Below, one piece after another: positions 21,386 through 34,552 of a stretch of 64,000 nucleotides of DNA. The number at the start of each line of letters is the position of its first letter. Within the stretch, counting starts at the first letter, position 1. The notes under the pieces are model-generated. The model had not been told where the DNA came from. It did not search any database and saw only the letters and a list, made by a program, of their open reading frames with translations. The translations under genes were made by a program, and so were the position numbers. This DNA is from the human T2T-CHM13v2.0 reference genome, Homo sapiens. The stretch lies in the NCBI RefSeq assembly GCF_009914755.1, contig NC_060926.1; one strand, 5' to 3'.

Positions 21386-22542
21386 AGTGTCTAGAAATAG
21401 CATGGCCTTTTATTCCAGCAGGGTTTTTATTGCATGTCTCAGCTCTGTCATGCACATATTAGCTCTGAACCTTGGAAACTTATCTCACATCAAGCTTCAG
21501 TTACATCACCTATAAAATGGAGTTAATAATATTTTCTCATAGGATTTTTTGAGACAATATATGTTAAAAAAAAAAAGAACCTCGCACAAAGTAGGTGCTC
21601 AGTGTGTGAGAGTCCTCTATAGTGTTTTCATAATCTTTCATTTTGCAAGTCAACTCCTACAAAAATAAAATAGGTTCTTATGGCATGACATTTGCCCAGA
21701 ACAGTAGTGACTCCTGAAATATGTTCTCCCTAACAAGGGATCTCAGAAGCAATTCCCTTGCAGAGGCAGCACTCCGCCTTCCCTCCGCAGGCTGTGGTCT
21801 AATCCAAAGTTTACAGGTCTGGATATCCATGTCAGACCCAAGATTCAGACTACGGCTTCTTTACTGGTGACCAAGACAATAACAGATAGTTCAAATTAGA
21901 AAATAGAAGGAGTAAAGCCATTTTCCCTTCCTTCAAAACACAACACCAGAAAGCAAACATGTTTGCATTTTGAAATGGATAACTGTGGATAATTTTCACA
22001 CCCGCAAATAGAGTTGAGTAGGTGCAAGCTGGTCACTTGTGCTGAAGGTAAAGAATTGGCAACCAGCGAAGCAGCTGGTCACACAGAAGTGTCCAATATC
22101 TGTATGTTGTTTGATTGGCTACTTATTTGGCAAAGAAAATATCCTGGTGAGTTGCTAATTATGACAAGTCTAGCCCTTGGCAAAACTGAATATAGTGAAG
22201 TGTGTGTTTCATATTGTCATCCATGCAGTGTGTAAGCCACCTGTTTTAAGCAACCTGTGTTGCATCCAGAGGAAACGAAAATAAGTTATTTGGAAAAAAA
22301 ATGTACTATTTATTCATTTTGCAGCTTGACATCCATTTCAATTACTAGTTTACCAAGGGAGGTTTTGTAAATGATATACTGTGCTAAGAGCAGCGGCTAA
22401 TACCAGACACTACCTATTTTCTGTGTCACCTTAAACAAGTGACTTAATGATCTGGCATTTTCCTCATTTTTAAAAGTAGTAAGACTAAGGCTCAGAGGAG
22501 TTACGTGAAATGATACTGGAACATGCTTGAGAAGAGGTGCAG

Positions 22543-22766
22543 CCAGCCTCTGTTGCTGGAGCCAGCTCTGAGGGCTCCCAGAAAGCATGCTTCCCAACTC
22601 CAGTCTCTGTGAGGGTACATTGGTAGCTTGGAATCAGACAAGTGGGAGTACTCACATACAGACAGGGCTTTTCTTCAGTCAGGGATTATTTAAAAAAAAA
22701 TATTGATTGACTGATTGGTTGTTTGATTGAGAACTGACTCTTAAATACTTACTAGCACACCACTGC
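22543..22766. mobile_element. MER63-like hAT element
   Basis: ttggtagcttggaatcag...gtgggagta and terminus tactagcacaccactg. Confidence 0.55.
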
Positions 22767-23809
22767 ACCCTTTCAAACTCCTGTCCCCGGTGATTCCCTG
22801 CACTGTCCTCCTCAATGTGGAAAGAAGAATTTTGTGCCTGACATTTCAGGCTTTAACCAGAAGTTACAGGGGAGATGTGTTCGGGAAAAGAGGCCTTTAT
22901 TGGCAATATGGAATTGTTGCACTTTGGGGCTCCGTTTAATCATAATGCTCAATACTTTGAAGAAGGGGATGTTGATGACACAACAAAGTTGGAGACAAAG
23001 TTAACAAAGGCTGCCTATTCATAAACTTGGAGCACATATTATTAAATCATACGCCTTATTTGAGCTGAAGCTTGATGGTGTGGGGAAGGAGAGAGGTTTA
23101 TTCAGTAAAAGGGGAAATGTATTGAGAAAATCTCTGGCAAGTGTTCTATTAAGGTAGAATTTTAGGAAATGGGAGAGACCTTCTAAATGTTTTTCAGATA
23201 CATTTGGTGGTCCTTGCTTGGCTGGAAGGGCACAAGTGAAGAGTTTGAGGACATTTTCAAAGATAAAGGCTCATGTAACTTTAGGGGAGGAGATTTTCCG
23301 TGGAGGTCAATGGGGGTCTTTTTTTGTGGCCAAACTGTTATAATGTTGCTAATGGCATTTGGCTGCCATGGAAGGAATTCTCAGAGAAAATAATCTTTTG
23401 TAATAAATGTTGGATAATTTATTAAGCTACATAGGCTATATACTTGGATAAATATATCTGGTAAGCTCTTGGAATCATAGCAAAATTTTGTGGATTTAAG
23501 TTAACTGGACTGGATAAGATCATACTTTCATAAAAACCAAAATTTTATAATTATGCAAACTTTGAACCAATATTGATGTACATTAAAATGATGTTCACCA
23601 ATTTACACATTCCATTCGCTAACTCTGTACAGAAGTGGGGGAAATATTTCCGCTTTGTAAATAAATTATTAAGGCTTGAATAGTAATTTGATATCACTTT
23701 GCCAAATATTAGAATAATATAGAGCATTTAAATAGATTTTCTGAGCAGAAGATTTGTGGCTCAGTTTGAATACCTCAGTGACAGGAAGCTCACTACTTCA
23801 GGAAACAAA

Positions 23810-24175
23810 GTATTTTTTTTAATTCCAGCTTTATTGAGGCATAATTGGCAATGTTCAATGTATACGACATGATTATATGTGTGTATATATATATGTGTGC
23901 ATGTACTGCCTAATGATTACAACAATAAATTAATCAACAGACCCATCACATTTATTTTGTGTATATGTGTGTTTGTATGTGTGTGTTCTGTGGATACTTG
24001 CAATTTACTCTCCTAGAAAATTTCAAATAAACAAAATAGGGTTTTGTAACTATAGTGACCATGCTGAACAGTAAATGACAGAACTTATTCATCTTAAAGT
24101 GAAACTTTGTATTTTTGGCTAATTTCTCATTCCCCACATGACCCATCCCCTGGAACTCACTATTCTTCTCTCAAA
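23810..24175 (-). mobile_element. L1MA/MB 3' end
   Basis: agctttattgaggcataattg...gtaactatagtgaccatgctg...gaacttattcatctt. Confidence 0.7.
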
Positions 24176-24799
24176 GCAAAACAGTTTGGGTGTCAGAGAA
24201 TCCTTCCTACGGTTCAACCAAGATCTCCCTCTGTTGTTCTTCAATCCATTGCCTACATGTTGGCCTCCAGAACAACATGGCTTCTTTCTCATAATCAGCC
24301 TTCAGTTCATGTGGGCAGGCAACTACTGATTTCCTCCAGCCCCTCTGTGTGATGAGCCCTCTCAGTTCTCCCAATGCTCAAATCAAAACCTGCATTATGA
24401 GACTTCTCAGACCTCGCTGTGACCTCCAGAGCAGAGCAGTAATATGTTAACATTTCTTTGAATAGCGGGACACCATATTAGAGTGTGGACTGGGCAGTAC
24501 TGAAGATAGTGAGAAAGATATGCTCTATGATGTCTTAAAATTGTTAATATTAATTGTCAAGACAATGGAAATACTCAAAGTTGATATCTATTACTGAACA
24601 CGTCTACTGTAAGCAAGCATGAATACCAAGTCAGATGGCTGCCTCTGCCACAAATTTCTTTCATGTTTTTCTGTAATGACATTAGAGAGTTCAAAATTAT
24701 ATGACCTAAATATCTAAAAGAGAAACTGAAATTAATTTATTCTTGTCTTTCCCCTGAATTTTAGAACATCTCATTTCCTAAATTCACAAGTCTGACTCT

Positions 24800-25575
24800 C
24801 ACTAAAAATTTGAATTACCATATGATCCGATAATCCCACTTCTGGGTATATATCTCAACGAATTGAAAGCAAGGTTTTAAAGATATATATATAAATATAT
24901 ATATATAAATATATATATATTTATCTAAATATATATATATCTCTAAATATATATATATATATTTATCTAAATATATATATAAATATATATATTTATCTAA
25001 ATATATATATATAAATATATATATTTATCTAAATATATATATATAAATATATATATTTATCTAAATATATATATAAATATATATATTTATCTAAATATAT
25101 ATATAAATATATATATATATTTACATCCATGTTCATAGGAGCATTATTATTCACTAAAAATTAAAAGCCAATGAAGTGTCTGTGGATGGACAAATGGACA
25201 GAGAAGATGTGACCTATTCACACAATGGAATATTATTCAGCCTTAAAAAGAAAGGAAATAAAGACATATGTTACAACATGGGTGAACATTGTAGACAGTA
25301 TGCCGAGTGAAATAAGCTAGTCACAAAAGAAAAAGTACCATACGATTCCACTCATATGACATACTTAACACAGTGAAATTCATAGAGACAGAAAGTAGTA
25401 TGGTGGTTGTCAGAGGCTAGGGAAGAGGGGAAAATGGAGAGTTTTTTTTGCAGGTGCAGAGGTTCAGTTTTCAGGATGAAAAGAGTTCTGGAGATGGATT
25501 GTGGTGACAGTTGCACCACAGTGTGAATGTACTGTGTCACCTGTATGTTACTACAATTTTACAAATGTATCAAAG
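24800..25575 (+). mobile_element. L1MB-type 3' end containing an AT minisatellite
   Basis: gaattaccatatgatcc...ccacttctgggtatata...aagagttctggagatggattgtggtga. Confidence 0.75.
24882..25122. repeat. Nearly pure AT minisatellite, recurring unit (at)n-ttatctaa / (at)n-aa
   Basis: Direct reading. Confidence 0.95.
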
Positions 25576-25581
25576 ACACTG

Positions 25582-25881
25582 TTTTTTGTTTGTTCTTTTG
25601 TTTTTTCGGAGTCTTGCTCTTGTCACCCAGGTTGGAGTGCAGTGCTGCAATCTCGGCTCACTACAACCTCCGCCTCCTTCAAGAGATTCTCCTGCTTCAG
25701 CCTCCAGAGTAGCTGGGAATACAGGCACCAGCCACCATGCCTGGGTAATTTTTCGTATTTAAGTAGAGATGGGGTTTTGCCATGTTGGCCAGGCTGGTCT
25801 CGAACACCTGACCTCAGGTGATCTGCCCGCCTCGGCCTCCCAAAGTGCTGGGGTTATAGGCGTGAGCCACCGCGCCGGGCC
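25582..25881 (-). mobile_element. AluSx-like
   Basis: Full dimer in reverse with cctgacctcaggtgatc. Confidence 0.9.
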
Positions 25882-26239
25882 AAAGATGGCATTTTTAAAG
25901 GAAGGAGGCTTAATGCAACTTATGTGAACATGTAAGGTCCCCATCTTAGCTCCACGTGGACTCCTTCTTTTGCATTCGCAAAGCTGCGCATACCTGGTAC
26001 CTCTCCAAGGGCATTAGTTTCTCTCTGCCTTTCCATATTTCTACCTTAATGAATTCTGCAGTATGTCATGATGGCTTCTTGTTGGCTTTAATCTCCTTTG
26101 AGCAGATAGTTAAAATATTTGCAGATCAGGTTTAAAAATCAAACAAAAAATTTACTTCCTGACTTTGTACCCACATGTTAGTTTTGAAGAAAAATAGTAC
26201 TACCTTTATTTATTCATTCTTTTATTCACTTTGACATAG

Positions 26240-26383
26240 ACTGTCTTTCCTTCAATAATTCAACCTGATAATTTATTTAAAGAATATAATCCAGACATTA
26301 AAAAACTAAACCAAAAATTCCTCCAGAGTCCAAGCTATGAGCAAGTACAATTCTATCCTTTTACAGAGAGAAATATTAATTGA
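26240..26383 (+). CDS. Probable terminal coding exon (phase 0): TVFPSIIQPDNLFKEYNPDIKKLNQKFLQSPSYEQVQFYPFTERNIN*
   Basis: Polypyrimidine acceptor tttattcattcttttattcactttgacatag|; 47 open codons in very AT-rich DNA; TGA 26381-26383; followed by UTR-like sequence and AATAAA; in phase with exon 168-293. Confidence 0.72.
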   Translation, partial: TVFPSIIQPDNLFKEYNPDIKKLNQKFLQSPSYEQVQFYPFTERNIN

Positions 26384-26600
26384 ATATTTGTATCCTTGTA
26401 TTTTTGTATAAAATGTGTTGGTATATTTTGTATGTATTTAAATGTTAGATATTTGTCACATGGGGAATGCTGTGTAAAGAATAGTAAATACAAATCAAGT
26501 TCTATGAATCCCCGAAGATTTAAAATTATGTGTTTGCTTTCATTTGTAATATATATTAAATCAAATCCCTGCAATAAAATACTAAATGTAAATTGCTTCC
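26384..26600 (+). terminator. Putative 3'UTR and polyadenylation signal (ATTAAA 26555, AATAAA 26573)
   Basis: U-rich sequence with multiple TGTA motifs (CFIm-type) upstream of a canonical hexamer. Confidence 0.6.
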
Positions 26601-27094
26601 CAATTTCCTAATTCTACACAAAGTTTTAAGTTAGTAAATGAAAATAATCTCTTCCTCTCTAAATAGCAAATAATATAATTAAATAAAATTAACAAAATAG
26701 CATGTAAAGAGTAATATTAAATATGTATTTTGATAAGATTTTAAATAACGTTTAGTATAATATATTCACTTTGTAATGTACTTACTTTGTTTATTGTTTT
26801 CTTTTCTTATAAATATTTTATTGCTTCATTAGTTAACTACAATATGCTTTATGATTTCTAAACACGGGCATTAATTATTTCTCCTTGAACTAAAACATTA
26901 TGTCTAGTATTAAAGATTGCTGAGGCATTCTCTACCTTATGATAATGGCTACATTATCAGAAAAGTCTTTGAGAAACAAAGATAATTAACTCCTTATTTG
27001 TTGACCTATATTTGATCTACTTTCAGAATAGCAATCCTCACTAAGTACTTTGTGGTCTTTTAGGTGGTGTTCTTGAAAGTCAGCATGTTATACT

Positions 27095-27330
27095 TCAAAG
27101 GGTTGCAAGTCTGTTTAAAGGGAGAGAAAATACATAGTTTTGTCTTTGTTGGCCATATTGTCTGTGTTTCAATTACTAAATTCTGCCACTGTGTCATGAA
27201 AGAAGCAACGAACAATACATAAATGCATGGAAGTGGCTGTGTTCCAATGAAATTTTATGTATGAAAATGGAAGTTTACATTTTATGTAATTTCCATGTAT
27301 CCTAAAATATTATTCTTTTTATTTTTTTCA
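27095..27330 (+). mobile_element. MER58-like hAT-Charlie
   Basis: ggccatattgtctgtgtttcaattactaaattctgccactg...gtggctgtgttccaatgaaattttat. Confidence 0.6.
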
Positions 27331-29404
27331 ATGATAAATTCTTTATTCGAAAATAGGCTAGATTTGATGATGATATTAAGAGCAATGATAACAGTGATAA
27401 GATTTTTTTGGTAGGTAGGATGACGGTCTCATTAATCAACTAGGGTCCTTTTATGTTTATAGGCAGTGTTCTCACAAAAACTCAGAACACAAAAGCATAA
27501 GTATCCCTATGATATTTAGCAGTCCTTATGATTACATGACTATAAATGTCCATAAGACATCCTGGAGTCAAGAGAAGATACAATGTCTTTACCTTCTTTG
27601 AGGCTCCGATTTGCTATATGACAGACACGTGATACCCGACTCATGAAAGTAAGAATCAAAATTGTGTATAGATAGATAAATAAACAGATAGATAATTAGA
27701 GAGAGATTGAGAGAGAGAGATTAATGGGGAGGGAGAGCCTGAGCAAGCCTGGCATGTAAACACCTAATGATAAACACTTAATACCAGAGGTAATATGATT
27801 AATAGTTATTAATATTTTGTTCATAATTATCTTCTTTTCTCTTTTGAGCTTTACTCTGACTAATAATAAAATAATTTATTTTTATATGAAGTAGGTGGGG
27901 AACCCTGAGGAAGCAGTCTCAACTTGGAAACCACTCCGCAAGATTATTATACTAGACACTATGCAGATGGTCTGGCCAATTTATCTCTGTGAGTGGTTTT
28001 CAGAATCATCTATAAAAGGCTTTCTTCCTAATTAAAGAAAAAGTATAGAAATGCATATTTTTTACAAGAGCGTGATGCAGGGGTAGGGTGTGCCAGAGCA
28101 GGTGGGGATGGTGGGGAAGAAGACTGTGGACCACTGTGAGTACAGTGGATCTATGACTCAGACTGTTCTCTGGCTTATCTTTTGTACATGTTTTTGAATG
28201 TGAGACTCATGGAAGCAAAACATTTCTCTTGCATCTCTGTAAGATTAAAGGGAACATAGGTTGGAACTGTTTCATAGCCTATTTGCCAAAATGTTTCTTG
28301 TTTTCCTTGTTCCCAGTAAGTGAAAACATGAGGAAGGCAAGGTGATCTTAAAAGCAAGCCAAATCAAAGCAATCATTTATAGACATTGTGTTCCAGGGGG
28401 CATCAGGAGCATCTTGACAAGTTTGGACATTCTGGTCTTCACCCCAAGTGTTATCAGCAGCATGAAATCTCACAATATCTTATTAGAAGAGACCAGAAAG
28501 AGAATGGCAGCCACCATTGAGCAGCCATAAAAACACTTAAGAAAATAGTCTCTGCCTGAGAATGCCCAGAGCTCTTGAACTATTTCAGAAGTCTAGAACT
28601 TGTCTCCATTTTCAGTAAGGCAGTTTTTATTGGGAGCTAGTTTTTAACACCAGAACGTAGGAAAACATGAATTATAGACATGGAATTGTGGATGTTTAGA
28701 TCAATATATTACAGAACAAAAGTAAACTGAAGACAAATAATGTTATTTTTCCAATGTTGCAAAAATAATTAGACTCAAAACTGGAGTGACAAAAAACTGA
28801 GTGAATTGTCCTCCCCTTCTTCTTTCCATTCCAAATATATTTGTTATTAAAATTTTCTTTCATGTATTCTGTCTTAATTTTAGTACTGATAAACCTCTTT
28901 TCTCAGTTTCTCAGTTCTATTATAGATACACACACATGCACACACACACGAAAGTTGAATAAATCAGCCAATATAAAAATAATAAAAATAAGCTTTATTT
29001 TCTTTTTCACTGTTAAGAAAAAAAGAAAACTAAAAAAAAAAAAATGGGCTACTTAAAGCAGGACTGGGACAGAGATTGATTAACATGGAGTCTGATAAAA
29101 GTTGTTATTCTTTTGGCATTTAAGATAAAACTGAAGACCATAAACTTATATTATGGAAGATGGGATTCTTCCTCATGATAAACGACAGTATGCTATAGAA
29201 AATTAAAATAATGATGTTATGTTGTTGTATTTGCTTCATAATGCCGGGATAGTTTGAGTAGAGGAAAAAATTTCCAGTCTGGTAAATTCTTCATGTTTAT
29301 CTTTAAGCCTTCCAATGATCAAACAGAGAACTAAGACCATATGGCTCATGAGAGAAAGTAACTAATGCCGTTTGCAAATTGCAAATTTCCTCATTTAAAT
29401 CTAA

Positions 29405-29763
<359 letters not shown>

Positions 29764-29831
29764 CAAGCCTTAGTTTATCTTATGGGTAAACTCTATGGAC
29801 AGATTTAGGAATAATCCAGCCTACACTATAG

Positions 29832-30194
29832 TGAGACAGCAAAGTATAAAGGGGTCCCGGAGAAACTCCGATCAGCCTGCACATGGAGAGGAATGCGCAC
29901 TGGGGTGGAGCCTTGGGAAGTTAGCCTCCTTTGCAGGGGGAGGAGCCTGGCCTATCCTGTTCCGGGGGTAACCGGGGATTCTATCTGTGAGGCAGGAATC
30001 CTACTTGCAGGACTCCCACTTTGCTGAGAGACCCTGTTTCCGTTTTTTTGTTTGTTTGTTTTTGTTTTTTTTTAACCCTTTTCACCCAACAAACCCTGTT
30101 CTTCTCATCCTTCAAACTGTCTGCGAGCCTAATTTTTCATGGTTGTGTAACACAAATCAGGCTTTAACTGAACTAAGGAGAAAGTCCTACAAAA
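29832..30194 (+). mobile_element. MER61A-like ERV1 solo LTR
   Basis: tgagacagcaaagtataaaggggtccc...aactaaggagaaagtcctacaa; 4-bp TSD atag 29828-29831 / 30195-30198. Confidence 0.82.
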
Positions 30195-31518
30195 ATAGTA
30201 TTCAATCTTTCAAAATATTTCACAGTTAATCTATTTGGCCTACAATGGCGATCTCACAAAAGTCTTCAAAGTCTCATCTCTTTAGACTCAGTTTAGAAGA
30301 ATGATGTTTTAAAATATTTTAACTAATTATGAAGACAGACAGTAAGTGTTTAAAGATGTACATTATGGTAATATAATAGATATTCACATAAAAAATTTGT
30401 GAAAAGAGAGTATCAAACACTACAAAAGCACTTTGGAAACATTTTCCTTGCAGTGGAACTTATCAAGACATTATTATTTAAAATTTATACATTTTGATAA
30501 TAAACATTTCAAATAAAATCTAAAGGAAATGTTAACTCTTATTAAACCAAAAAGGGCTCTTAGCGTCTATTCACCTTGTACTTCAATACAATTAAAAACA
30601 ATTTCTGGATAGAATCATTCTTCTGAGGAAAATAGGAAAAGCATGAATCCCCTTTAAAAAATATGGTAACTATTTTCTTCTAAATAGTTAAGTCATAATA
30701 GGAAAAATGTTCTGATACAATTAAAAAACACCCACAATACTAAGAACTAAGAAAATTATGACTTTAATTTAAAAGAATCTACTTATGCCAAGATTGATAA
30801 GAATCAGATGTTGGAATTAGCTGACAAGGAATTGAAAGAAAATATCATAAAAGAGTTTCAACAATGATTACAAATTATGTAGAAACTAATGAGAAAACAT
30901 AAAATATCCATAAAGAAAGAAAAGTATAAAAAAAGATTCAAATGGAAATTATAGAACTGAAAAATAAAACAATCAATTTAAAAACTTGCTGGCTGTTCTT
31001 AACAATAGATTGAATATAATAGAGAGTAGAAACAGTGCACTTAAGGAAATAACAATAGAATTTACACAATCCATAAAAAGAAAGAAGATATACACCAAAA
31101 AAAAAAAAAATATATATATAGAAACAACTTTGTATTATCCAGGTACAGAGAAAGAAGAGAAAGAGTGCAGAGTTGCCAGGATATTTGAGAAAATAGTAGC
31201 TGAAAACTTCCCATGATTTTCAAGACACACACTCATACATGGAAGATGCTAAGTGATTCCCAAACAGAATAAACCCCAAAAAAGTAATACCAGAACACAT
31301 CATAACTATAGCCTTTAAGGATAAAGAATGCCAATTCAAATGACAGATTTCTTGTCTTAATCCATAAGGCAACAAGGAATTGACAAAGTATCTTCAACTT
31401 CTAAAAGAAAAGTTATATTGTCCCTGAATATTTTATCCACCAAAAATATGTTTCTGGAGCAAACGAGAAACTGAAGCATTCTAAGACAAAGGAAAACTTT
31501 TTTAAAAAGCCTCTAACA

Positions 31519-31830
31519 GGCCGGACACAGTGGCTCATGCCTGTAATCCCATCACTTTGGGAGGACAAGGTCTGTGGATCACTTGAGGCCAGGAGTTCGA
31601 AATCAGCCTGGCCAACATAGCAAAACCCTGTCTCTACTAAAAGTACAAAAAATTAGGTGGGTATGGTGGTGCACATCTGTAATCCCAGTTACTCAGGAGT
31701 CTGAGACACAAGAATTGCTTGAACCTGGGAGGCAGAGGTTGCAGTGAGCCGAGATGTTTCCTGCACTGCCCTTCAGGCGGGGTGACAGAGCAAGACTCCG
31801 TCTCAGAAAAATAAAATAAAATAATAAAAG
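31519..31830 (+). mobile_element. Alu (S-type)
   Basis: Full dimer; TSD aagcctctaaca 31507-31518 / 31831-31842. Confidence 0.9.
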
Positions 31831-31876
31831 AAGCCTCTAACAGACCCATCTATCCTTCTAAATTGGCTAAAAGAGT

Positions 31877-32180
31877 TGGGGTGTGGTAGTGGCTCTCGCC
31901 TTGCCTGTAATTCCAATTTTTTGGAAGCCAAGGTGGGAGGATCACTTGAGGCCAGGAGTATGAGACCAGCTTGGGCAACATGGAAAAACCCAATCTCTAC
32001 ACAAAATCAAAATATTTTTTTAAAAAATTAGCCAGGCATGTTGATGCATGCCTATAGTCCCAGCTACCTGGGAGACTGAGAGAGGATGGCCTGAGCCCAG
32101 GAATTTGAGGCTGCACTGACCCATGATTACACCACTGCACTCCAGCCTGGGTGACAAAGCAAGACCCTATCTCTTAAAAA
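31877..32180 (+). mobile_element. AluJo-like
   Basis: ggaggatcacttgaggccagg and tgagcccaggaatttgaggctgca J diagnostics. Confidence 0.88.
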
Positions 32181-32187
32181 GATGTTT

Positions 32188-32781
32188 GGCTCCATCCATG
32201 TCTCTGCAAAGGACACGCTTTCATTCCTTTTTATGATTGCATAGTATTCCATGGTGTATATGTACCATATTTTCTTTATCCATTCTATCATTGATGGGCA
32301 TTTAGGTTGATTTCATGAATTCACTATTGTGAATGGTGCTGCAATGAACATGAACATGCATATGTCTTTATAATAGAATGATGTATATTCCTTTGTGTAT
32401 ATACCCAGTATTGCTGGCTTACATGGTACTTCTGCCTCCAGGTCTTTGAGGAATCATCACACTGCTTCCCACAGTGGAAGCCATGATCCTCAGCAAACCA
32501 TCGTGGGAACGGAAAAACAAATACCACATGTTCTCTCTTATAAGTGGGAGCTGAAGGATGAGAAAACATGAACACATGACGGGGAACAACGCACACTGGG
32601 GCCTGTTGTAGGGTGGGGTTGGGAGGAGGGAGCACATCAGGCAGAATAGTTAATGGATGCTGGGCTTAATACTTGGTGATGGGATGGTCTATGCAGCAAA
32701 CCACCATGGTACACATTTACCTATACAACAAACCTGCACATCCTGCACATGTATTGATAAACTTAAAACTTAAAAAAAAAA
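32188..32781 (+). mobile_element. 5'-inverted L1PA (PA12-14-like) 3' fragment; inverted 32188-32477, direct 32478-32781
   Basis: Inverted arm starts at revcomp(gacatggatgga) and the direct arm starts at gaagccat, which are adjacent consensus positions. Confidence 0.8.
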
Positions 32782-33232
32782 CTCAAAAAGGAATCAATGA
32801 TCTAAATATAAGAGCTAAGGCTCTAGGCCACAAAGAAAATCTGGCATTGACCCAATAGCACTTAAAAAAAAAAAAAAAGAAAAAAAAGAAAAAAATAATA
32901 ATTGGAGCATAAGGAAGGAAGAAAAAATAAAAGAAAATGCTGGCAGAAATATGTGTAAATACAATACAGTATGCTGTTCTGTGTGAGTTTTACATCATAT
33001 TTGATGACTGAAACAAAAATCATGACCCCATCTGATACTTAATACAATAGTATTTAAAGTGGGTGAGATGAGGATTCTAAATTAAAATGAGGTTTCCACC
33101 CTTCATACTTCCCAAGATGTGGTAAAGCATTTACACAAATACAGTAACTCGTAACTTCGGGTTTTTGGAAAGTGCAACTTGAAGCAAAGTTTAAGCAAAA
33201 CTTATAACAAAAATAATTTCTAACAATGTTTT

Positions 33233-34207
33233 TGAAGTCACCTTTGCAAAAATTATAACAGTGAGAAAATTTTGACGGTGAAGAGACCTGATCTAATCAA
33301 CTCTATCTTGCCTTTTGCCTCCAAACTGCTCTGGATCAAGCTAACTTTGGGAGAAATTTAGTTTATAGTTAAATATCATTTAGTTTAAATGATAATAGCC
33401 CTTCCCAAAACTAAACTGCTTTTGTAAAACTAATGAGAGTCCACAAGGTTAGGATTATGAGAGGGGCCCAAATTCTGCTAAAATGTAGGCGTAGTTACAG
33501 GATAATCATCTATTGGTGCAGAAGTCACAAGATTTATAACTTCCTCAATTATTCCAGTAAGTAACATCACTATTGTAAAACTTAAGAATGGCTTTCTGAG
33601 ATGTCTTTTCAGACTTTTGCATTTCTAACAACTAGATGACTTTATCTGGACCTGCAACTCATGATTCAACCGGTTCTCTGGCCCCCACTGAGTAGTGTAC
33701 ACAGCACACAGGGTCTATTTTCCATATCCCCGATTTTTTTTTTTTTTGAGACAGGGTCTCACTTGTCGCCCAGGCTAGAGTGCAGTGACACAGTCTTGGC
33801 TCACTGCAGCCTTGACCTCCCTGGTTGAAATGATCCTTCTACCTCAGCCTCCTGAGTAGCTGTAACCACAGGTGTGCACCACCACTCTTGGCTAATTTTT
33901 GTGTAGAGATGGAGTTTCTCTGGTCTTGAACTCCTGAGCTCAAGTGATTCTCCCACAAAGTGCTGGAATTACAGGTATAAGCCAGTGTCCCCAGAGACAG
34001 CCCTATGATTTCATCCCCAGTAAATTAGCATTCCCCTTTCCCAGACCCTTGCCCTCCAACTATCTTTAAAAATCCCAAGCCTCTAAATTTGGGGGAAGAT
34101 TAATTTCAGTAATAATAAAACCCTGGTCTCCAGCTGAGCTGGCTCTATGTGCAGTTAACTCTTTCTCTATTGCAATTCCTCTTTTTTGAGAACTTGGCTC
34201 TGTCTGG
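33233..34207 (+). mobile_element. LTR8-family ERV1 LTR containing an AluJ
   Basis: tgaagtcacctttgcaaaaattat...ctaactttgggagaaatttagtttatagtt...aataataaaaccctggtctcc. Confidence 0.78.
33734..33994 (-). mobile_element. AluJ (with deletions)
   Basis: gagacagggtctcac...cactgcagccttgacctcc. Confidence 0.85.
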
Positions 34208-34436
34208 TGAAAAATTGCTGTACATCATTTCTCCTAAATTTGCAATTTCCAAGAACCTATCAACCACATTAACTAAGGACATACTCTACTTTCATGTGAC
34301 ATATGTATGTTGTAACAACTCAGAGCAACACTATGAAAACTAAACAGATACACTAAAAACACTATTAAAAATCAACATAATATTTTTTAAAAACCACCAA
34401 CCTACCTACCGAATGAGCAAACAAAACTAATAGAAG

Positions 34437-34552
34437 TCTAATGTTAAATGACGAGTTAATGGGTATAGCACACCAACATGGGACATGTATATACATGTAA
34501 CAAACCTGCACGTTGTGCACATGTACCCTAAAACTTAAAGTATAATTAAAAA
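34437..34552 (+). mobile_element. ~115-bp L1PA3/4-like 3' tip
   Basis: aatgacgagttaatggg...ccctaaaacttaaagtataa; TSD aaaactaatag 34423-34433 / 34553-34563. Confidence 0.88.

Larger units (their letters stand above)
33142..34286. mobile_element. MER82-like Tigger MITE split by LTR8
   Basis: TIR-like ends cagtaa...ttggaaagtgcaactt and ttccaagaacctat...aaggacatactc; TA flanks. Confidence 0.55.

Noticed and set aside
29832-30194. p53 response element reported for some MER61 subfamilies
   Set aside because: No paired RRRCWWGYYY half-sites are visible in this copy
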